64,000 bases of DNA from assembly GCA_044360195.1 (NCBI GenBank), contig JBIKKT010000005.1, positions 5,744-69,743 on the forward strand, written 5' to 3'. Shown piece after piece: positions 8,236-16,792 of the stretch (the first letter of the stretch is position 1; each line of letters begins with the position of its first letter). The translations under genes and the position numbers were made by a program. Source of the stretch: Bdellovibrionota bacterium (GTDB taxonomy: Bacteria; Bdellovibrionota_C; UBA2361; OMII01). The notes under the pieces are model-generated. The model was given only the letters and a program-made list of their open reading frames with translations, was not told the origin of the DNA and made no database searches.

Positions 8236-9786
8236 CTATGGCCTTCCGCCACCTCCACCAGGGGGCTTACTCGGGCCACCCATACCAAATGAAATCTCTG
8301 GCGGAGAATCTCCGAGATGGATGCCGTCCGCTTTTAGCTGCTCATCAAAATTACTTGCCCACGAGTCAATACGCCACGTCGGTCGCACACCCTGCTTAAT
8401 GAGGGTAAACATCGGACGCACCTGTATTATCCCTTCAACGAAGTGCCCTACCTCTATGATTTCAGCTATGCGCGGCTTTCCGGTTGATTTCTCTCGTATC
8501 AACCACACCACACAGTCCACTGCGAGGGCTATCTGTTGTCTTATGATATCGATTGCCACGGATTTTTGGGCCCGGCCCAGTAAGCTCTCGAGTCGAACGA
8601 GTGTTTCACGTGCATTTCTCGCATGCACCGTTGACATTCCAACATGCCCCGTTTGTGCGCTCTCCAGAAATGCTTCCGCTGCAAAGGGAGTTCGCATCTC
8701 TCCTAGAATGACTCGCGTCGGCGTCATTCGAAGCGTTGTCTTAATATGCTCTTGTAACGTTACCTCTCCCACACCCTCTGCATTTGGCGATCTTGATACG
8801 AGAGAACGAAAGTAGGGGTGCTGAAAATTAAGTTCTGGCGTGTCCTCTACAGCCACTATGGACTCGCTCTCTCCAAACTGTGTCGCCAAGCACTTAATCA
8901 AGGTAGTCTTGCCGGTTCCGGTCTCGCCAGCCACCATCATCGTGGCGAGGCCGCTGCGTATCAGACACGCCAAGTAGTTTACAATCAGAGGTGGTGCGAC
9001 CTGAAAAGTAACTATGTTCTCAAGACTGACCTCCGCCATGCGCGGCACACGGATACATAGAAGCGGGCCCCGTTGCCCACACACACTCTCATGCACTGCA
9101 CAGAGACGTATGCCGTTAGGGAAAGAAGCATCAACGGTGTGCTGTTGAGTTGTAAGTGATTTGCCGAGTCGCATTAATAGTCGGTCGATGAAAGTCACGT
9201 AGGATTGGTGATTAGGCCACGACAACCCTGTTGTCTCACTGACCTTGCCGCGCTGTAGCACTACGGTCTGATAGTCGTAGACATGGATATCAGTCACCTC
9301 TTTGTTATCAACAAGGGGTTGAAGCACACCCCACCCCATCAGATCTTTCTGCAGGTGAATGATAATGTGAGCACGCTCGATGTCGTCGAGCACTTCGCCA
9401 CGCTTCTTGAGAACCCTATCTATCGCTTGCGCTATGACCGCTTCAGTCTTTGCCTGATTAGTCATCTGTTGCTGCAAAGTGAAATCGCCGCCTAACTCTC
9501 GTCGAGTCTCCCGCATAACTGTAGCAGCCACAGGTGAGATGTTTTCTTGCAGCGCTGTTGAAGTGCTTTTGCTGCGAGGTGCGGCCCCACCATCGGTAGC
9601 TCCCCCAGGAGCTCGCGGCGCCTGCTTCACTAATGGGGGTGATGACTGGGGAGAGTTCGGCAGCGTTTTTGAAGCTTCCTCACTTTGCGCCTTTTCAGAC
9701 TTTTCCACGGCACCTCGAGCATGGCTCGAGCGCGTCGAGAACATGCCAATCAGTCCATCCTTATCATCCTTCCCAGAACCCGCCAT
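8236..9786 (-). CDS. cpaF: CpaF/TadA-type secretion ATPase (VirB11/FlaI superfamily) with a disordered N-terminal extension
   Basis: Walker A GETGTGKTT. Asp box VAVEDTPEL. His box MSTVHARNA. Roughly 100-aa S/P/A/K-rich N-terminus and a Gly/Pro-rich C-terminal tail. Confidence 0.85.
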   Translation of the reverse strand: MAGSGKDDKDGLIGMFSTRSSHARGAVEKSEKAQSEEASKTLPNSPQSSPPLVKQAPRAPGGATDGGAAPRSKSTSTALQENISPVAATVMRETRRELGGDFTLQQQMTNQAKTEAVIAQAIDRVLKKRGEVLDDIERAHIIIHLQKDLMGWGVLQPLVDNKEVTDIHVYDYQTVVLQRGKVSETTGLSWPNHQSYVTFIDRLLMRLGKSLTTQQHTVDASFPNGIRLCAVHESVCGQRGPLLCIRVPRMAEVSLENIVTFQVAPPLIVNYLACLIRSGLATMMVAGETGTGKTTLIKCLATQFGESESIVAVEDTPELNFQHPYFRSLVSRSPNAEGVGEVTLQEHIKTTLRMTPTRVILGEMRTPFAAEAFLESAQTGHVGMSTVHARNARETLVRLESLLGRAQKSVAIDIIRQQIALAVDCVVWLIREKSTGKPRIAEIIEVGHFVEGIIQVRPMFTLIKQGVRPTWRIDSWASNFDEQLKADGIHLGDSPPEISFGMGGPSKPPGGGGGRP

Positions 9787-9923
9787 AATCCCCTTGCAGC
9801 AACGTGCGCCTACTTGAGTAAAAGCACCCAGTGTTGTTGTCGGCTAAATATGCGCGTAGGATTAGTAGAATGCGTCCAAAACGAGGTTATGACAGCTGGG
9901 ATTACTCCCAGGCAGATTCCGAC

Positions 9924-10775
9924 TTACTTGTCGGTTAACTTGGACTCGGGTACCAACTTCCCGTTTATAATAACAAAGCTCTTCCCATCGACCTTTACGG
10001 TACCCTCTGAAGGTATGGCCTGAGGTGTTTGAACAGGCAAAACACCCAATACGGACTCAATCGTTACCGTACGATTATCTGAAGTCTCTACGGGGTCATC
10101 ATCACCCCTCAGGGCCAAGCTAAGGGCGCCTGAACTTGAGGCTAGCTGAAGTTTGGCGGATTCTTCGGTAGTTACCATGATGGTCACTGTTGAGGCTGGG
10201 GGGCCCAACACGTCAGAACTCGTACTGCGCCCAGCGGAGAGAACCTTTGCATTTTGAATGATGACGGTAATTGCAGGCCTGTTGTTTAGGGCTGATGCCA
10301 GCAAAACATCAACTTTAGCACCCGCACGAGCCCAGCCTTCCACACTGGTTGTCGCATCAACTGCAAAAGATACCGCTCTATACCCCTCAGATATGTTGGC
10401 TTGAATCTGGTTAACCGGTGGCTTGAAAGTTACAAAGTCGCCTGAAAGCGGCTGACGAGCGGCAACATATGAGGCTGCGTATGCCCCTTTTATCTCATCA
10501 AAGGTATATATCGGATTGGGTACCAGTTGTGCCTCAGGCATGCTTTCCCTGCGAAACATACTGACATCCAGAACAGAACCGGCCTCTATCTCGCGAACAG
10601 TAACTAGCACCTCTGCTAAACCTGGGGACACCGGTGCAGCGACTTTAGGTTGCTCAGTGGTCTGATTAATGACTAGTGTGTAATAAAAGTAGCCGGCGAC
10701 TATTGATGCCGAGAGGAGGAGGAGACCCCCTAAAAGAATGATGGAGGACGAGCCAGACTCTAAATTGCTTTTCAC
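9924..10775 (-). CDS. cpaB: Flp pilus assembly protein CpaB/RcpC-like (SAF-domain periplasmic protein)
   Basis: N-terminal TM segment (IILLGGLLLLSASIVAGYFYY) then a CpaB/SAF-like region (VLVTVREIEAGSVLDVSMF). Start is GTG at 10775. Confidence 0.65.
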   Translation of the reverse strand: MKSNLESGSSSIILLGGLLLLSASIVAGYFYYTLVINQTTEQPKVAAPVSPGLAEVLVTVREIEAGSVLDVSMFRRESMPEAQLVPNPIYTFDEIKGAYAASYVAARQPLSGDFVTFKPPVNQIQANISEGYRAVSFAVDATTSVEGWARAGAKVDVLLASALNNRPAITVIIQNAKVLSAGRSTSSDVLGPPASTVTIMVTTEESAKLQLASSSGALSLALRGDDDPVETSDNRTVTIESVLGVLPVQTPQAIPSEGTVKVDGKSFVIINGKLVPESKLTDK

Positions 10776-10835
10776 ACTACTTTAGTCCGGGCGTTACGAC
10801 GTATGCATTTATCTCCAGAACTATGCCTGGGTATT

Positions 10836-10866
10836 ATATCCGCGACCTAAGTAAGGTCGCGGATAT
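10836..10866. terminator. perfect 12-bp-stem hairpin (ATATCCGCGACC-TAAGTAA-GGTCGCGGATAT) between the flp pilin gene and cpaB; possible attenuator or mRNA-stabilising stem-loop
   Basis: Palindrome read directly from the sequence. A U6 tract precedes the stem on the minus-strand transcript and none follows, so it is not a canonical intrinsic terminator. Confidence 0.35.
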
Positions 10867-10885
10867 AAAAAACAACTACTGCGGA

Positions 10886-11044
10886 TTACCCACCAATCTG
10901 GGCATTAACCGTACTGAACTGCGACGACACGCTTTGTCCGAGGATACGAACAGCCGCAATTGCGACAACAGCAATTAGAGCCACCAACAAAGCGTATTCC
11001 ACGAGCGAAGCTCCTCGCTCAGACTTTTTCTCAATGGATTTCAT
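10886..11044 (-). CDS. flp: Flp/Fap-family pilin (52 aa), absent from the ORF track
   Basis: Manual translation gives MKSIEKKSERGASLVEYALLVALIAVVAIAAVRILGQSVSSQFSTVNAQIGG. This is the classic Flp motif (G/ASLVEY cleavage site followed by a hydrophobic helix). GGAGA lies 9 nt upstream of the ATG. Confidence 0.8.
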   Translation of the reverse strand: MKSIEKKSERGASLVEYALLVALIAVVAIAAVRILGQSVSSQFSTVNAQIGG

Positions 11045-11263
11045 TATCTTCATTCTCCTGAAATAAACCGGCGTATCGCACAGGCGCTACTACCGCGCCA
11101 CAAAAGACGCAGCGTCTGGATAATTAAACACTAAACAGACGAGTCAGTGACACAGCGCAATATGATACCAGGTCAAAGTTAGATGCAAGTGTATATTTTT
11201 TGTTCTCAGATGCTTTATACAGGAGGGGTAAATCACACCCGACCAAAAGAGCCCCAAAAAAAG

Positions 11264-12508
11264 CTACCTCTTACCAAACAGCTTTCTAAATAAGCCAACA
11301 GACCCCTCGACCCCACTTCCAACAGCAGTGCTCTTATCGGAAGGTGCCACCTGCAATATCCCCAAACCTTTGGCAATCTGTTCAAGGGCGTTGCGAGTTC
11401 CCTTTTGCCCCATACTGTAAAGTGTGCGCCCACTTCCTGGCCACACAGCCGCTTTGGGGTCATTTGGAATCGATGGCAATCTCCACGGCGCATCCCCTAG
11501 CTGGTGTGCGGGTTCTAGGTCAGCGGCTATCTGATCAACACTTGCAAAGGCTCCGGAATACGGATTTACGAGAAAGCAGAGCTTATCGGTTGAGCCAATC
11601 AGCGATTTAATGAAAGAGAGGTAGAGATCCACTGCGGTGAGCCCCAATACCGTATCATCAATGACGAGTAGAACCACATCAGCGCTGCGAACAAGCCCTC
11701 CAACCGCCGGCCCCATCCTGCCGCCACTATCGATGAGAACAACATCAAACAAAACTCGCGCGATATCGACTACACGCTGAGCTATGCCCATACCATCTGC
11801 ATGACACACCAGATCCATAGACTCGGCGAATCGATCAGGCGGCATGAGAACTGAGACGTCACTACTAATCGGAATCAGCGCATCACGAAGAGACTCGCGA
11901 GATATATCTCGACTTCCATTCACCCATGAACTAACAACTCGAGCTTCCTCTCCATTTACAGTAAGAGAGCGACTAAGGTCGCGCGTCTCAACATCCAGAT
12001 CCCACAACATGGTGCGACGATTAAAAACGCTACACAACTCACCTAAAGCAGCAGTGATTGAAGTCGCACCCACACCTCCCTTGGCGTGCGCAACTAGTAC
12101 AACCTTGCCCTCGTGAGTGCGCCCCTCCTTTCGAAAATCGGAATGAATCGCAACCAGCTCCTGGAGAAAATCAAGGGGACTAGCGCTATCAGGAAAAACC
12201 TTCCGCACTCCAGCCTGGTGCGCTGCGCGGAACGCCCCGCCACCGTAGGCGCTGTCGGTGACAAACATGATGATCTGCACCCAAGGCGCAATCATGTGTG
12301 TTTGCCGAGCAATACTCGCCCCCTTATCGACAAGCCCAGAGCCTAGAACAACCACATCAGCTTCAGAAACCCGTTCAGCATAATCCACGTCGTTAACGAG
12401 CTTTACCTTAAGGTCAAGCACTTCCATATCGCTGCGTCCGAATGAATCGATACGCTTGGCGCAGAAGGCCTGAGCTTCGGCACTACTGTCGACAATAAGA
12501 AGTTTCAT
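11264..12508 (-). CDS. cpaE: CpaE/TadZ-like pilus assembly protein (degenerate receiver domain plus ParA/MinD-type ATPase)
   Basis: N-terminal receiver-like MKLLIVDSS. Deviant Walker A AKGGVGATS. Lies directly upstream of flp. Confidence 0.75.
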   Translation of the reverse strand: MKLLIVDSSAEAQAFCAKRIDSFGRSDMEVLDLKVKLVNDVDYAERVSEADVVVLGSGLVDKGASIARQTHMIAPWVQIIMFVTDSAYGGGAFRAAHQAGVRKVFPDSASPLDFLQELVAIHSDFRKEGRTHEGKVVLVAHAKGGVGATSITAALGELCSVFNRRTMLWDLDVETRDLSRSLTVNGEEARVVSSWVNGSRDISRESLRDALIPISSDVSVLMPPDRFAESMDLVCHADGMGIAQRVVDIARVLFDVVLIDSGGRMGPAVGGLVRSADVVLLVIDDTVLGLTAVDLYLSFIKSLIGSTDKLCFLVNPYSGAFASVDQIAADLEPAHQLGDAPWRLPSIPNDPKAAVWPGSGRTLYSMGQKGTRNALEQIAKGLGILQVAPSDKSTAVGSGVEGSVGLFRKLFGKR

Positions 12509-12518
12509 CCCCTACTCC

Positions 12519-13994
12519 CTAAAAACTAATATTTGCCAGCAGCGATGGCGCGACCATTCGCAAGAAAAACACACCGCACGCTATCCCCACCATCGCTGCC
12601 ACACAGAGCGCAACAACATCACTAAACTCCAATCGTTCACGGTCTTTCTCGAGATATCTCTTCGAGAGCGTTCGCATACGCACAGACTCTCGCCCTGGGC
12701 TAGGAACAACCGTCTCGCCTTCCCAGTCCTCCATGACTAGATTTTCCCTGCGAGACGAAACCGCACTGTCCGACCTTGAGAATCCGGTCGCAACAGGGTA
12801 GCCGCCTCCGTCGACCAGTCCGCCCCGATCGTCTACTTCTTGCTCTTCTTCCTCAGCGAAGTCAACAAAACCAGAACTAAGAACCGCTGTTCGATTTCCT
12901 CTATCCTGCGACTCCGACATAGCATTCAAGCCATCGATAGAGTTGAGACTGGGGTTGGAAGACGGAGCAGACGCGCTCAACGTGGGCTCGCGCTCCCGTT
13001 TGGCCATCGATTTTGTCAGACCTATGGACTTAGCGTCCTGTCCCTTTCCCTGAGAGGCTTCTTGAGACGAATCGGCCATGGATGGGCCGACAAATTTCTC
13101 AGCAACTCCGACCGCCGAAGTCGGTGCCGCCCCAAGCTTGTAGCCATACTTGGAAGCTATTTTCTGCAGCTCTTCAACTATTTCAAGACCGGATTGGTAG
13201 CGATGCTCCGGGTCGCGTGCCATAAGCTTAAGAACGCACTCGTCTAGCTCCTTTGGGCACTCAGGACGGTAGGTGCTCGGCGGATCCGGATCAGTCTTAA
13301 GGCGCTTGGTCATCGTCGCGTAAACGCTCTCTCCCCTAAATGGAGCTTCGCCACTGATCATCTCATAGGCCAGAATTCCCAGAGCATATATATCCGCTCG
13401 CCAGTCCACCTGGGACTTCAACATATACTCCGGTGCAACGTATTCGACTGTTCCAACTACACCGCCGTGTTCTGTCAACTTTGGACCGTGACGATTCCGG
13501 GCAATTCCGAAATCAGCTATCTTGACGTTCCCGTCTTTCGTCAGCAGAACATTTTCCGGCTTCATGTCTCGGTGCACAATTCCGGCTTCGTGAATCGCTT
13601 GCAAACCGGCTGCTATCTGACTCATCAATCGCACTATCTCTGAGAGAGGGATTCGTTCTGAGCCACTTAGTCGCTCTGCCAGATCGCCGCCGCCAACAAA
13701 CTCCATAGCATATGCAACCAGGTCTCCGTCTCTGAGGAGGTCGTATGCCCGGACTACGTTAGGATGGGAAACTTCGTAGGACGCCAAGACTTCGTTTCGG
13801 AAACGAGCAGAAGCAACCTTATCGGCAGCAACCTCAGGGAATAGCACCTTAACTGCCACCATCTGGCCCATCAGCTCGCGATTGCGACACGCGTACACCA
13901 GACCCATACTGCCCGAGCCAAGGCACTTCACGACCTCGTACTTACCGCCTATTACGGTGCCGGGTTGAAGACTTATGAGGTGCTCGTCAGTCAT
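12519..13994 (-). CDS. Hanks-type Ser/Thr protein kinase with a C-terminal transmembrane anchor
   Basis: GSGSMGLVY, VAVKVL, HRDMKPENVLL, DFGIA and GTVEYVAPE are all intact. S/P-rich linker. C-terminal TM VVALCVAAMVGIACGVFFL. Confidence 0.9.
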   Translation of the reverse strand: MTDEHLISLQPGTVIGGKYEVVKCLGSGSMGLVYACRNRELMGQMVAVKVLFPEVAADKVASARFRNEVLASYEVSHPNVVRAYDLLRDGDLVAYAMEFVGGGDLAERLSGSERIPLSEIVRLMSQIAAGLQAIHEAGIVHRDMKPENVLLTKDGNVKIADFGIARNRHGPKLTEHGGVVGTVEYVAPEYMLKSQVDWRADIYALGILAYEMISGEAPFRGESVYATMTKRLKTDPDPPSTYRPECPKELDECVLKLMARDPEHRYQSGLEIVEELQKIASKYGYKLGAAPTSAVGVAEKFVGPSMADSSQEASQGKGQDAKSIGLTKSMAKREREPTLSASAPSSNPSLNSIDGLNAMSESQDRGNRTAVLSSGFVDFAEEEEQEVDDRGGLVDGGGYPVATGFSRSDSAVSSRRENLVMEDWEGETVVPSPGRESVRMRTLSKRYLEKDRERLEFSDVVALCVAAMVGIACGVFFLRMVAPSLLANISF

Positions 13995-14026
13995 GATTAC
14001 TGGTTACCTATGCTACCGTGGCGCTC

Positions 14027-15136
14027 TTACTCAGTAGGTGGCTTTATTAAACATACATAGAAGGAGCGCTCGCCAAAGGAGACGATATCTCCATGACTAA
14101 GCGTACCCTTCTCTCCGGAAAGAAATTCCTCCTCGTTCGATCCGGCATGACGAATCTTGGTGCCGTTCTCAGAGAGCTGGTCGAGCACTTGAATGGTGCC
14201 ACCACTTCCAACCCGCATAATCGCATGCATTGGAGAGACCGAGGGATGAGCTACTACGAGACAGTTACCGCTGGCATCGAACTCACACGTTACCATCAGT
14301 CTCCCGGTTCTTAGCTCAACGTAATCCCCTTTTGGGTTGTTATCGTAGGAGAGCAAAAAGCCAACTAAGGTTGAATCTGAAGTCCACGCAATTGAGTCTC
14401 TTCTATCAACCTCCTCGATCTGTTCGGGCTCGGTTGGAACCACAAAGGTCTCCAAATACTCCTCCTGTGACATCGGCTTAAACTCGCGCGTCGGTCGCTG
14501 TCGTTGAGGCGCAGGCTGAGGCTGTTCTTCTTGCGAGTGCAATGGAGCCAACCGAGGCAGTGGCTTAGGACGCAAAATTCGAGCAGGCCCTGAACTATGA
14601 TCCTGTGAGGCTTCTACCTCCGACTCAGCATGGTCCTGTTTGAGATAGACATAACCATCATTATCATCAGCAGCTGGACTCACTGACTGCTCAACAGCCC
14701 TGGAGGTTTCAGGGGTCGATTCACGCTCAGGCATCGAGGGGCGTAGTCGAGGAGCTGGTTCATACTTCAATCTTTCCTCCTCCTGATAAGGCGCGGGTTT
14801 AGGATTCGGGACTTCACGGCGCGTTTCAAGCGGTGGTGATACCTCGTAGTGCTCCTCACCTGCACTCTCAGCTGAAAGATCCGTTGAAGTCACAGATGAT
14901 GCATCAAACTCAGGGCTCGTCCATCCTTCATCATCACCAGAAGATTCGTGCACAAAACCCCCAGAACGTTCGGGAGTAGGCCGTTGAAACTCACCGCCAA
15001 GCCGAGCACGAACCTGTCCGGTTAACTCAGAGGTCATCATCACCGTGCGATTGCGAGCTCGGGTGGTTGTATCGCCAACAACCGCACTCTCTGCTTTCGC
15101 TGCTCCCTGTCCTATCCTCTTTTCATCTTCCGTCAT
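14027..15136 (-). CDS. FHA-domain protein with a long Pro/Glu/Ser-rich disordered N-terminal region
   Basis: C-terminal FHA signature (LSENGTKI ... LSHGDIVSFGERSF). About 250 aa of low-complexity sequence upstream of it. Confidence 0.75.
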   Translation of the reverse strand: MTEDEKRIGQGAAKAESAVVGDTTTRARNRTVMMTSELTGQVRARLGGEFQRPTPERSGGFVHESSGDDEGWTSPEFDASSVTSTDLSAESAGEEHYEVSPPLETRREVPNPKPAPYQEEERLKYEPAPRLRPSMPERESTPETSRAVEQSVSPAADDNDGYVYLKQDHAESEVEASQDHSSGPARILRPKPLPRLAPLHSQEEQPQPAPQRQRPTREFKPMSQEEYLETFVVPTEPEQIEEVDRRDSIAWTSDSTLVGFLLSYDNNPKGDYVELRTGRLMVTCEFDASGNCLVVAHPSVSPMHAIMRVGSGGTIQVLDQLSENGTKIRHAGSNEEEFLSGEKGTLSHGDIVSFGERSFYVCLIKPPTE

Positions 15137-15151
15137 ACGTCCCCATGCCCC

Positions 15152-16114
15152 TTAAAAAAAATGCTTTGCGAGAAACCCTGCTGTAGTTACCACTGCGACA
15201 AATCCGGCCACCACCAAAGAGAGAACCAGGTGCTTTCCTAGACCGCGCCCCACACTTTCAGCTCGTACTTTTGGCGGTTTTGCAACGACAGACCCTGGTG
15301 CGCGTTTAACGGCAGGCTTGCGAGTCTTTTGCGCCGCTGGGGGAGGCGCTACTCGTAGCTGACCGGCCAACGGAATGATAGAGACTGTGATATTGTCGTA
15401 CCCTCCGCGGGCTTTAGCGAGCTCAACCAACTTGACACACGCCGACTGCGGCGAATGCGTGCACACGATCTGCGAGATCTCCATTTCAGCCACCAAACTG
15501 TAGAGACCGTCAGAGCAGAGGAGCACTCTATCATTCACATCTCCTGGCTTTGTGCCCCATACCCATAGCTTTCGAACGTCAACTTCAAGACCAGGTTCAG
15601 CACCGATGCAGCGGGTCAGGATATGTGCATCGGGATGCGCCAACGCTTCCTCTGGCCCAATCTCTCCACGCTCAACGAGTTGCTGCACGAGGGTATGATC
15701 AACCGTAAGCTGCTGAATTGCTCCATCTCGAATAAGATAAGCTCTAGAATCTCCGACATTGGCTACCGCAACCTCTGAGCCACTAAAGAGCAACGCAACA
15801 GCGGTGGTCCCCATAGATGCAAATGCTTGGTTTTGTCGCCGCAGAACTATCACGCGATTAGCTTCTATCAGTGCGTTACGCAGAGCCACCTCCGGAGGCA
15901 TTGCTTGCTGCTTTGACAGGTCTCGCTTTACGGCATCTATTACCAACTGAGCCGCAAGCTCTCCGCCAGTCGCGCCCCCCATCCCGTCACACAGGATCCA
16001 GGCGACGCCCAGAGCACATTCAATGACAGCGTAGCGATCTTCATTGAGATCTCTTTCGCAACCCGTATCGGTTATGGCAGCTGGAATGGTGGCGTCTTCG
16101 TGCTCCGAATTCAT
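15152..16114 (-). CDS. PP2C-family Ser/Thr protein phosphatase with a C-terminal TM anchor
   Basis: TDTGCERDLNEDRY, ILCDGMGG, GTTAVALL, VANVGDSRAYL, LLCSDGL. C-terminal TM LVLSLVVAGFVAVVTTAGFL. The track ORF extends to 16366. The preferred start is ATG 16114 (MNSEHED...), which puts the first PP2C motif about 17 aa from the N-terminus. Confidence 0.8.
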   Translation of the reverse strand: MNSEHEDATIPAAITDTGCERDLNEDRYAVIECALGVAWILCDGMGGATGGELAAQLVIDAVKRDLSKQQAMPPEVALRNALIEANRVIVLRRQNQAFASMGTTAVALLFSGSEVAVANVGDSRAYLIRDGAIQQLTVDHTLVQQLVERGEIGPEEALAHPDAHILTRCIGAEPGLEVDVRKLWVWGTKPGDVNDRVLLCSDGLYSLVAEMEISQIVCTHSPQSACVKLVELAKARGGYDNITVSIIPLAGQLRVAPPPAAQKTRKPAVKRAPGSVVAKPPKVRAESVGRGLGKHLVLSLVVAGFVAVVTTAGFLAKHFF

Positions 16115-16513
16115 CCCCTCTTGCCTCTGTTGTTCATCAACATGCATGTGCGACACACTCGACACGTCTCTGTCTACTTGGTGGTACAACTTCCCGACTA
16201 CGCTAGGTAGACACCCCTCATAAAGTGCCTGAATGGAGAGTCGGCAGATGCATGGGCGTACTAAATACTCGTACCCTTTTGATTTAATGAAATGTGGGGG
16301 ATAAAGCCTTAAAACGACCTTTGCGTGGTTAGACATCCGCGCTGCCTGCGGGAGATTAGCGGGCAAGCCTCGTTCAATAAGACTGATAAGTAGTTGTTTT
16401 AACTATACCAATCGCAGAAAAGCACTTACAAAGCACTATCCATCGCAATATCGACTTGCCTCCTACCCGGTAATAGCTAAAGCTCATAAGGTTGTTTGAT
16501 TATGTGAGGTTTC

Positions 16514-16780
16514 TTGGCACAAACAAAGACCTATCCCTACCTTCTGTACGCCTTGGCTGCCCTATGCGTAGTTCTTCTAGCACCATATGCTGGCTGCCAT
16601 ATCCTGACTTCAAAGCCACATACGGAGAGCGAGATCCTTGTTGACGAGTCAGGGGGCGCAACTCAAGGCGGAACAACAAGCGACGACCCACGCTCAGCAG
16701 CCGAGGCAAATGAGCATGCCTCTACCTCTAGCTCCCCTGATAAAATCGACGACATCGAAAAGGCTCTTAATCTCGAATAA
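16514..16780 (+). CDS. small secreted or lipoprotein-like hypothetical protein (TTG start)
   Basis: Signal-peptide-like N-terminus LLYALAALCVVLLAPYAGC. Acidic, S/T-rich remainder. Sits 13 bp upstream of the PduO-type gene. Confidence 0.35.
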   Translation: MAQTKTYPYLLYALAALCVVLLAPYAGCHILTSKPHTESEILVDESGGATQGGTTSDDPRSAAEANEHASTSSSPDKIDDIEKALNLE

Positions 16781-16792
16781 AAAGGATCGTTC

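Noticed and set aside
8321-8815. 164-aa plus-strand ORF
   Set aside because: It lies antisense inside the cpaF ATPase gene, is low-complexity with no motif, and looks like a GC-rich antisense artefact. The same applies to 48485-49342 (antisense to ABC-F), 2085-2471, 5229-5540 and similar.
11150-11175. Possible sigma-54 promoter (TGGTAT-N-TTGCG) about 110 nt upstream of the flp pilin ATG
   Set aside because: Spacing between the GG and GC elements is 9 nt, not the required 10. The -24 and -12 boxes are also imperfect. Not supportable without TSS data.
15152-16366. Full 404-aa track ORF for the PP2C phosphatase
   Set aside because: The 84-aa N-terminal extension has no recognisable domain. The start at 16114 places the first PP2C motif at a typical distance from the N-terminus and has a GA-rich ribosome-binding site.
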